Part shown: one piece after another, positions 17,318 through 24,000 of the stretch
How positions within the stretch are numbered: position 1 is the first letter of the stretch
Layout of the letters: every line of letters starts with the position of its first letter
Assembly (NCBI RefSeq): GCF_000734965.1
Contig: NZ_JMTB01000095.1
Location: 33,056 to 57,055, forward strand
Direction of reading: 5' to 3'
Origin: Trabulsiella guamensis ATCC 49490
Lineage (GTDB): Bacteria > Pseudomonadota > Gammaproteobacteria > Enterobacterales > Enterobacteriaceae
Length of the DNA stretch: 24,000 bases
Notes under the pieces: model-generated
The model's database searches: none
Told to the model about the DNA's origin: nothing
The model's input: the letters and a program-made list of their open reading frames with translations, nothing else
Made by a program: the position numbers and the translations under genes

Positions 17318-18067
17318 CTACGGGGAACCGGGATAAATATCGAAGCGGTGGCCTTTGGTGGTCACCGCGTTTAGCGTCGCGACGTCTGCCAGTGGTGGCG
17401 CGTAGTCCGGGCGCTTTACCACCACACGCTTTGTCGCCAGACGCTGCGCCGGCAATAACAACCCATCGGCGTCGAGATCCGGCCCTACCAGTGACTGAAA
17501 TACCCGCATCTCTTTTTTCACCAGCGCGCTTTTCTGCTTGTGCGGAAACATCGGGTCGAGATACACCACCTGCGGACGCGGCGTAATGTCAGTCAGCGCT
17601 GTCAGGCTTGAGGCATGAATCAGTTGCAAACGCGCCTGCAACCATGGGCCGATTTCCGGGTCTGCGTAGCCGCGCGCTAATCCGTCGTCGAGCAGTGCCG
17701 CGACCACCGGGTTTCGCTCCAGCATCCGCACCCGGCAGCCCACTGACGCCAGGACAAAGGCATCGCGCCCTAAGCCTGCCGTGGCATCCACCACATCCGG
17801 CAGATAATCGCCCTTAATGCCCACCGCTTTAGCGACCGCTTCGCCGCGACCACCGCCAAATTTGCGCCGGTGCGCCATCGCGCCGCTGACGAAATCAACA
17901 AAGATGCCGCCGAGTTTTGGCTCGTCGCGCTTACGCAGCTCCAGATGCACTGTCGTTAAGACCAGTGCCATCAGGTTATCGGGATCATGCTCCAGCCCCC
18001 AGCGGGTCGCCAGAACAGATAAGGCGCCGTCTCCGGCGCCTGTCTCGTCAATTAAGCAGATTTTCAC
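17318..18067 (-). CDS. rsmJ: 16S rRNA m2G1516 methyltransferase RsmJ
   Basis: 249 aa with the SAM-binding block [13 protein letters not shown]. It aligns with E. coli RsmJ (YhiQ) starting [10 protein letters not shown]; here the equivalent codon is GTG at 18067, 7 nt after the prlC stop. The ORF-track start at 18130 would overlap prlC. Confidence 0.88.
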   Translation of the reverse strand: MKICLIDETGAGDGALSVLATRWGLEHDPDNLMALVLTTVHLELRKRDEPKLGGIFVDFVSGAMAHRRKFGGGRGEAVAKAVGIKGDYLPDVVDATAGLGRDAFVLASVGCRVRMLERNPVVAALLDDGLARGYADPEIGPWLQARLQLIHASSLTALTDITPRPQVVYLDPMFPHKQKSALVKKEMRVFQSLVGPDLDADGLLLPAQRLATKRVVVKRPDYAPPLADVATLNAVTTKGHRFDIYPGSP

Positions 18068-18074
18068 GTCACGC

Positions 18075-20117
18075 TTAACCTTTAATCCCGTAATGCTCAA
18101 GCATCGCATCCAGTTGCGGTTCACGGCCACGGAAGCGTTTGAACAGATCCATCGGCTCTTCTGAACCGCCGCGGGTCAGAATATTGTCGAGGAATGACTG
18201 TCCGGTTTCGCGGTTGAAAATACCTTCTTCTTCGAAACGGGAGTAGGCATCCGCCGCCAGCACGTCGGCCCACAGATAGCTGTAGTAACCCGCCGCATAA
18301 CCGCCGGCGAAAATGTGGCTGAACGCGTGCGGGAAACGGCCCCAGGCCGGGCCAGGCACCACGGCGACCTGTTTCTTGATTTCTGCCAGTGTCTCGAGGA
18401 TTTTCGCCCCTTGTGCCGGGCTATATTCCGCATGCAGGCGGAAATCGAACAAACCGAACTCCAGCTGGCGCAGAATAAACATCGCCGCCTGGTAGTTTTT
18501 CGCCGCCAGCATTTTATCCAGCAGTTCTTTCGGCAGTGGTTCGCCGGTTTCATAATGACCGGAAATGAACGCCAGCGCGTCCGGCTCCCAGCACCAGTTT
18601 TCCATGAACTGGCTCGGCAGTTCGACCGCATCCCACGGCACACCGCTAATGCCCGATACCCCGGCGGTTTCAATGCGGGTGAGCATATGATGCAGCCCGT
18701 GACCGAATTCATGGAACAGGGTGATCACTTCGTCGTGAGTAAACAGCGCCGGTTTGCCGTTCACCGGGCGGTTAAAGTTACAGGTCAGGTAAGCCACCGG
18801 TTTTTGCAGCGAGCCGTCCGCTTTGCGCATCTGACCGACGCAGTCGTCCATCCACGCGCCACCACGCTTGTGTTCGCGGGCGTAAAGGTCGAGATAGAAA
18901 CTGCCGCGCAGTTCGTTGTTGTCGTCATAAAGTTCGAAGAAACGCACTTCCGGGTGCCAGACGTCGATGTCGGTGCGCTCTCTGGCGGTGATGCCGTAAA
19001 TGCGTTTCACCACTTCGAACAGACCGTTTACCGCTTTGTTTTCCGGGAAGTACGGACGCAGTTGCTCATCGCTGATGCTGTAGAGATGCTGTTTCTGTTT
19101 TTCGCTGTAATACGCGATATCCCACGGCTGCAGTTCGTCCACGCCAAATTCGGCTTTGGCATACGCACGCAGTTGTGCCAGCTCTTTCTCCCCCTGCGGA
19201 CGAGCGCGTTTCGCCAGATCAGTCAGGAAGTCGAGCACCTGCTGCGGGTTTTCCGCCATTTTGGTCGCCAGCGATTTAAAGGCGTAGCTTTCAAAGCCCA
19301 GCAGTTGCGCCAGTTCGTGACGCAGAGAGAGGATCTCTTCCATCACCGGGCTGTTGTCCCATTTGCCCGCATTCGGACCCTGATCGGAAGCGCGGGTGGT
19401 ATAGGCGCGATACATCTCTTCGCGCAACGACTGGTTGTCACAATAGGTCATCACCGGCAGGTAGCTCGGGATATCCAGCGTCAGCAGATAGCCCTGCTGC
19501 TCTTTAGCTTCGGCCTGCGCTTTAGCTGCCGCCAGCGCGCTTTCCGGCATCCCCGCGAGTTCGCTTTCATCGGTGATAAGCTTCGTCCAGCCCATGGTAG
19601 CGTCGAGCACGTTATTGCTGTACTGATTGCCGAGCTCGGACAAGCGCGCGGCGATTTCGCCGTAGCGTTTTTGTTTCTCTTTCGGCAAACCAATGCCGGA
19701 CAGTTCAAAATCACGCAGCGCGTTATCGACCGCTTTTTTCTGCGCGGTGTTCAACCCGGCATAATGATCGCCATCGCGCAGATCGCGGTAAGCGTTGTAG
19801 AGCCCTTCGTGCTGACCGACCCAGGTGCTGTATTCAGAGAGCAGTGGCAGGGTTTGTTCGTAGGCTTCACGCAACTCAGGGCTGTTTTTAACTGAATTCA
19901 GGTGGCTCACGGGCGAGAAGATGCGCCCCAGATGGTCATCGGCTTCGGCCAGCGGCTGGCAAAGGTTATCCCAGGTATACGGCGCGCCCTGCGCGACCAC
20001 GCTTTCTACCGCCTCGCGACACGTATCCAGCGCTTTCGACACCGCGGGCACCACGTGCTCGGGCAAAATGCGGGAAAAGGGCGGTAAGACGAAAGGCGTA
20101 AGTAATGGATTGGTCAT
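18075..20117 (-). CDS. prlC: Oligopeptidase A (M3 family zinc metallopeptidase)
   Basis: 680 aa with the HEFGH zinc motif ([11 protein letters not shown]). Collinear and highly similar to E. coli PrlC/OpdA by recall. Confidence 0.97.
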   Translation of the reverse strand: MTNPLLTPFVLPPFSRILPEHVVPAVSKALDTCREAVESVVAQGAPYTWDNLCQPLAEADDHLGRIFSPVSHLNSVKNSPELREAYEQTLPLLSEYSTWVGQHEGLYNAYRDLRDGDHYAGLNTAQKKAVDNALRDFELSGIGLPKEKQKRYGEIAARLSELGNQYSNNVLDATMGWTKLITDESELAGMPESALAAAKAQAEAKEQQGYLLTLDIPSYLPVMTYCDNQSLREEMYRAYTTRASDQGPNAGKWDNSPVMEEILSLRHELAQLLGFESYAFKSLATKMAENPQQVLDFLTDLAKRARPQGEKELAQLRAYAKAEFGVDELQPWDIAYYSEKQKQHLYSISDEQLRPYFPENKAVNGLFEVVKRIYGITARERTDIDVWHPEVRFFELYDDNNELRGSFYLDLYAREHKRGGAWMDDCVGQMRKADGSLQKPVAYLTCNFNRPVNGKPALFTHDEVITLFHEFGHGLHHMLTRIETAGVSGISGVPWDAVELPSQFMENWCWEPDALAFISGHYETGEPLPKELLDKMLAAKNYQAAMFILRQLEFGLFDFRLHAEYSPAQGAKILETLAEIKKQVAVVPGPAWGRFPHAFSHIFAGGYAAGYYSYLWADVLAADAYSRFEEEGIFNRETGQSFLDNILTRGGSEEPMDLFKRFRGREPQLDAMLEHYGIKG

Positions 20118-20182
20118 AAGCGCTGTCCTGTTAATTGTTTGAGTGAAGCGCGCAGTCCGGCGCTTTTACGTTGCGATCTAGC

Positions 20183-20208
20183 ATGGGGTCAAGTGTAGAG
20201 GATTTCAA
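20183..20208 (-). promoter_or_regulatory. Sigma-32 (heat-shock) promoter of prlC-rsmJ
   Basis: The minus strand reads TTGAAA (20208-20203), a 14-nt spacer, then CCCCATGCT (from 20188). This is a close fit to the sigma-32 consensus CTTGAAA-N13-15-CCCCATnT, about 65 nt upstream of the prlC ATG. Confidence 0.6.
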
Positions 20209-20309
20209 TGCCGTCGGCCTGGATAACCGCTTACCAGCCTGCGGGTAATCTGACCCGATCTGCGATAAACTGTCGCAAATCGTTTTTTCATTTCCGGAAT
20301 TTTATCTTC

Positions 20310-21152
20310 ATGCTCAGTTATCGCCACAGCTTCCACGCAGGCAACCACGCCGACGTTCTCAAACACACCGTTCAGAGCCTGATCATCGACGCGCTGAAAG
20401 AGAAAGAGAAACCGTTTCTCTATCTTGATACTCACGCTGGTGCCGGGCGTTATCAGCTGAGCAGCGAGCATGCGGAACGCACGGGTGAATATCTGGAAGG
20501 CATCGCCCGCATCTGGCAGCAGGATGATCTTCCGGCCGAACTGGCGTCCTACATTGGCGTGGTGCAGCATTTTAACCGCAGCGGCCAGTTGCGCTACTAT
20601 CCAGGCTCGCCACTGATCGCCCGTCAGTTGCTGCGCGAGCAGGACAGCCTGCAGCTCACCGAACTACATCCGAGCGATTTCCCGTTACTGCGATCTGAAT
20701 TCCAGAAAGACGAACGGGCACGGGTAGAAAAAGCGGATGGCTACCAGCAACTGAAAGCCAAACTGCCGCCGGTTTCCCGGCGAGGTCTGGTGCTCATCGA
20801 CCCACCGTATGAAATCAAAACCGATTATCAGGCGGTGGTCACCGGCATCAGCGAAGGCTACAAACGCTTTGCTACCGGCACCTACGCGCTGTGGTATCCG
20901 GTGGTGTTGCGTGCGCAAATCAAACGCATGATTAAAGAGCTGGAAGCCACCGGTATTCGCCGTATGCTGCAGATTGAGCTGGCGGTGCGCCCGGACAGCG
21001 ACATGCGCGGTATGACCGCGTCCGGCATGATTGTTATCAACCCGCCATGGAAGCTGGAGCAGCAGATGAACAACGTGCTGCCATGGCTGCATCGCAAACT
21101 GGTGCCGACCGGCACCGGGCATACCTCCGTGAACTGGATCGTGCCTGAGTAA
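20310..21152 (+). CDS. rlmJ: 23S rRNA m6A2030 methyltransferase RlmJ
   Basis: 280 aa from ATG 20310 (MLSYRHSFHAGNHADVLKH, as in E. coli RlmJ/YhiR), with the catalytic DPPY motif (LIDPPYE). The ORF-track start at 20208 adds 34 unsupported residues. Confidence 0.93.
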   Translation: MLSYRHSFHAGNHADVLKHTVQSLIIDALKEKEKPFLYLDTHAGAGRYQLSSEHAERTGEYLEGIARIWQQDDLPAELASYIGVVQHFNRSGQLRYYPGSPLIARQLLREQDSLQLTELHPSDFPLLRSEFQKDERARVEKADGYQQLKAKLPPVSRRGLVLIDPPYEIKTDYQAVVTGISEGYKRFATGTYALWYPVVLRAQIKRMIKELEATGIRRMLQIELAVRPDSDMRGMTASGMIVINPPWKLEQQMNNVLPWLHRKLVPTGTGHTSVNWIVPE

Positions 21153-21223
21153 TCGCAGTCATAGGTGGAAGCTATTGATTTCAGGTATACAATCGCGGCA
21201 ATCAGACATTAAGGATAAGACCC

Positions 21224-22576
21224 ATGAGCAAGCATTATGACTACATCGCTATCGGCGGCGGCAGCGGCGGTATCGCCTCCATCAACCGTGCGGCCATGTA
21301 TGGCCAGAAGTGTGCGCTGATCGAAGCGAAAGAGCTGGGCGGCACCTGCGTGAACGTCGGCTGCGTGCCGAAAAAAGTGATGTGGCATGCGGCGCAGATC
21401 CGTGAAGCTATCCATATGTATGGCCCGGATTACGGTTTCGACACCACCATTAACCAGTTTGACTGGCAGAAACTGGTCGGCAGCCGTAGCGCCTATATCG
21501 ATCGTATTCATACCTCGTACGACAACGTGCTGGGCAAAAACAAGGTTGATGTCATCAAAGGCTTTGCCCGTTTCGTCGATGCGAAAACCATCGAAGTCAA
21601 CGGTGAAACATTGACCGCAGACCACATTCTGATCGCCACTGGCGGCCGCCCGAGTCACCCGGACATTCCGGGCGTCGAGTATGGTATTGATTCTGATGGT
21701 TTCTTCGCCCTGCCAGCACTGCCGAAGCGCGTTGCCGTCGTCGGCGCAGGCTATATCGCCGTTGAACTGGCTGGCGTGATTAACGGTCTGGGCGCTGAAA
21801 CGCACCTGTTCGTGCGCAAACACGCGCCACTGCGTTCTTTTGACCCGATAATTACCGAAACACTGGTCGAAGTGATGGCCGCCGAAGGCCCGACGCTGCA
21901 TACCCACGCGATCCCGAAAGCGGTCGTGAAAAACGCCGATGGCAGCCTGACGCTGGAACTGGAAGATGGTCGCAGCCAGACCGTCGACAGCCTGATCTGG
22001 GCGATTGGTCGTGAACCAGCCACTGACAATTTCAATCTCGCCGTCACCGGCGTGAAAACCAACGACAAAGGCTACATTGTTGTCGATAAATTCCAGAACA
22101 CCAGTGTTCCGGGCATCTACGCCGTGGGCGATAACACTGGTGCTGTCGAACTGACGCCGGTGGCGGTGGCTGCCGGTCGTCGCCTCTCTGAGCGCCTGTT
22201 TAACAACAAGCCGGATGAGCATCTGGACTACAGCAACATCCCGACCGTGGTCTTCAGCCACCCGCCGATCGGCACCGTGGGGTTAACTGAACCGCAGGCG
22301 CGCGAGCAGTATGGCGACGATGCCGTGAAGGTCTACAAATCTTCCTTCACCGCCATGTATACCGCCGTCACCACTCACCGCCAGCCATGCCGTATGAAGC
22401 TGGTCTGCGTCGGTCCGGAAGAGAAGATTGTCGGCATCCACGGTATCGGTTTCGGTATGGACGAAATGCTGCAGGGCTTCGCGGTGGCGCTGAAAATGGG
22501 TGCCACCAAGAAAGACTTCGACAACACCGTCGCTATCCACCCGACGGCGGCGGAAGAGTTCGTCACCATGCGCTAA
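21224..22576 (+). CDS. gor: Glutathione-disulfide reductase
   Basis: 450 aa with FAD fold GGGSGG, redox-active [13 protein letters not shown] and the C-terminal HPTAAEE active-site His. Near-identical to E. coli Gor by recall. Confidence 0.97.
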   Translation: MSKHYDYIAIGGGSGGIASINRAAMYGQKCALIEAKELGGTCVNVGCVPKKVMWHAAQIREAIHMYGPDYGFDTTINQFDWQKLVGSRSAYIDRIHTSYDNVLGKNKVDVIKGFARFVDAKTIEVNGETLTADHILIATGGRPSHPDIPGVEYGIDSDGFFALPALPKRVAVVGAGYIAVELAGVINGLGAETHLFVRKHAPLRSFDPIITETLVEVMAAEGPTLHTHAIPKAVVKNADGSLTLELEDGRSQTVDSLIWAIGREPATDNFNLAVTGVKTNDKGYIVVDKFQNTSVPGIYAVGDNTGAVELTPVAVAAGRRLSERLFNNKPDEHLDYSNIPTVVFSHPPIGTVGLTEPQAREQYGDDAVKVYKSSFTAMYTAVTTHRQPCRMKLVCVGPEEKIVGIHGIGFGMDEMLQGFAVALKMGATKKDFDNTVAIHPTAAEEFVTMR

Positions 22577-22586
22577 GCCGCTACGC

Positions 22587-22613
22587 AAAATCCCCTCATC
22601 TGAGGGGATTTTT
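22587..22613 (+). terminator. Rho-independent (potentially bidirectional) terminator after gor
   Basis: AAAATCCCCTCA-tc-TGAGGGGATTTT is a perfect inverted repeat with an A-tract upstream and a T-tract downstream, 11 nt after the gor stop. Confidence 0.8.
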
Positions 22614-22766
22614 GTATCATTTCTTTGCATATCGCCCCTTTCCGGCTTAAAAAGCGCCCAATTCTGATTCCTCTTATCCCAGGCATCGAAGCGAGTGTCT
22701 ACGCTTATTAAATGACCTGCTAAAAACCCATTTTTAAACCAACAACACCCGGAGGTCTGAATCGTT

Positions 22767-24000
22767 ATGTTCAACCAGAATCTACGCATCGATGAGCCAG
22801 AAATGCCGCCAGTGGAGGCCGAAGTCTGCTACGAAATCGATCCTTGCGAGTTAAAACTGGATGAAATGATCGAAGCAGAACCCGAGCCGGAGATGATCGA
22901 GGGGCTTCCCGCGTCCGATGCGCTAACCCCCGCTGATCGTTATCTTGAACTGTTTGAACGCGTGCAGTCATCGCGGTTGTTTTCCGACAGCAAAACCTTC
23001 CCTGACTGTGCGCCGAAAATGGATCCGCTGGATATTCTGATCCGTTACCGGAAAGTCAGACGCCACCCGAATTTCGATTTGCGTCAGTTTATTGAAAACC
23101 ATTTCTGGTTACCTGAAAGCCATGATAACGAGTATGTTTCCAATCCTGAGAACTCGTTGAAAGAGCACATCGACAGCCTGTGGCCGGTATTAACCCGAGA
23201 GCCGCAGGATCATATTCCCTGGTCGTCGCTGTTGCCGCTGCCGCAGTCGTATATTGTTCCCGGCGGGCGTTTTGGCGAAACTTACTACTGGGACTCCTAT
23301 TTCTCCATGTTGGGGCTGGCGGAAAGCGGTCGTGAGGATTTGCTGAAATGTATGGCGGACAATTTTGCCTGGATGATTGAGCGTTACGGCCACATCCCCA
23401 ACGGCAACCGCACCTACTACCTCAGCCGTTCGCAGCCGCCGGTGTTTGCGTTGATGGTGGAGCTGTTTGAGGAGGATGGTGTGCGTGGCGCGCGGCGTTA
23501 CCTTGATCATCTGAAACTGGAGTATCAGTTCTGGATGGATGGTGCCGAGTCATTGCTGCCTAATCAGGCCTATCGCCATGTGGTACGCATGCCGGATGGC
23601 TCGCTACTCAACCGCTACTGGGATGACCGTGACACGCCGCGTGATGAGTCCTGGCTTGAGGACGTCGAAACCGCCAGACACTCTGGTCGCCCACCAAACG
23701 AAGTCTATCGGGATTTACGCGCCGGGGCGGCATCCGGTTGGGATTACTCTTCACGCTGGTTGCGGGACACCACCCGACTGGCGAGTATTCGCACCACCCA
23801 GTTCGTACCGATCGATTTAAACGCGTTTCTGTTCAAACTGGAAAACACCATTGCCAATATTTCCGCTTTAAAAGGCGATCAGGAAACCGAAGCGCTGTTT
23901 CGTCAGAAAGCGAGCCAGCGACGCGACGCAGTGACCCGCTACATGTGGGACGACGAAGGCGGCTGCTTTCGTGATTACGACTGGCGACGCGAGCAACCGG
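22767..24000 (+). CDS. treF: Cytoplasmic trehalase TreF (5' part, runs off the window)
   Basis: This frame is absent from the supplied ORF track because it has no stop in the window. ATG 22767 has a GGAGG Shine-Dalgarno at 22751, and the frame stays open to 24000. The translation [10 protein letters not shown]...[36 protein letters not shown]...[15 protein letters not shown] (trehalase signature 1) matches E. coli TreF by recall. Confidence 0.93.
   Translation, partial: MFNQNLRIDEPEMPPVEAEVCYEIDPCELKLDEMIEAEPEPEMIEGLPASDALTPADRYLELFERVQSSRLFSDSKTFPDCAPKMDPLDILIRYRKVRRHPNFDLRQFIENHFWLPESHDNEYVSNPENSLKEHIDSLWPVLTREPQDHIPWSSLLPLPQSYIVPGGRFGETYYWDSYFSMLGLAESGREDLLKCMADNFAWMIERYGHIPNGNRTYYLSRSQPPVFALMVELFEEDGVRGARRYLDHLKLEYQFWMDGAESLLPNQAYRHVVRMPDGSLLNRYWDDRDTPRDESWLEDVETARHSGRPPNEVYRDLRAGAASGWDYSSRWLRDTTRLASIRTTQFVPIDLNAFLFKLENTIANISALKGDQETEALFRQKASQRRDAVTRYMWDDEGGCFRDYDWRREQP

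Noticed and set aside
17310-17320. Convergent dtpB and rsmJ stops only 5 bp apart with no terminator hairpin
   Set aside because: I take this to be ordinary tight packing of convergent core genes. No structure or motif was found there, so it is not considered informative.
18315-19895. 526-aa ORF on the plus strand
   Set aside because: It is entirely antisense to prlC, whose product aligns end to end with oligopeptidase A. The translation is low-complexity and rich in R, F, Q and H, with no recognisable domain. This is a typical shadow ORF of a GC-rich, codon-biased gene.
21209-22261. 350-aa ORF on the minus strand
   Set aside because: It is antisense to gor, which is near-identical to E. 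coli glutathione reductase, so it is a shadow ORF.
22615-22766. Search for a dinQ-like type I toxin / agrAB sRNA or a LexA box between gor and treF
   Set aside because: No CTGT-N8-ACAG box, no short hydrophobic ORF with a Shine-Dalgarno and no repeated sRNA-like hairpins were seen. The region looks like a plain terminator plus the treF promoter.
1-24000. CRISPR arrays, IS elements, integrases, tRNA/rRNA genes, REP/ERIC-type repeats
   Set aside because: None was recognised on either strand by visual scanning. The only repeats found are the short palindromes reported above.

Overview
This is an enterobacterial chromosomal segment. By recall of the E. coli K-12 proteins, the flanking genes are collinear with nikCDE-nikR ... 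yhiN-pitA-uspB-uspA-dtpB-rsmJ-prlC-rlmJ-gor ... treF at roughly 85-90% amino-acid similarity, so this is probably a Citrobacter/Enterobacter/Klebsiella-like genome rather than E. coli. That taxon call cannot be confirmed without a database search. Two places differ from the K-12 layout. (1) Between nikR and yhiN, where K-12 carries rhsB to yhiM, there is a compact ~9.5 kb, nine-gene, minus-strand operon (1966-11452). It encodes a DgoR-like GntR/FadR regulator, DgoK-like kinase, DgoA-like KDPGal aldolase, SMP-30 lactonase, GalP-like sugar/H+ symporter, ACS-family acid-sugar MFS transporter, IlvD/Edd dehydratase, DHDPS/NAL-family enzyme and an SDR dehydrogenase. I read this as a complete oxidative sugar-to-pyruvate route: a De Ley-Doudoroff phosphorylative branch fused to a Dahms/Weimberg-type module, with an IlvD/Edd enzyme in place of the usual enolase-type DgoD. 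Twin TTGTA-N-TACAA palindromes sit in front of dgoK. This is the most interesting part of the window. (2) gor is followed directly by treF, so the K-12 dinQ/ars/acid-fitness-island block is absent. I saw no rRNA, tRNA, CRISPR, IS, integrase or phage genes. Several long ORFs antisense to real genes are judged spurious.
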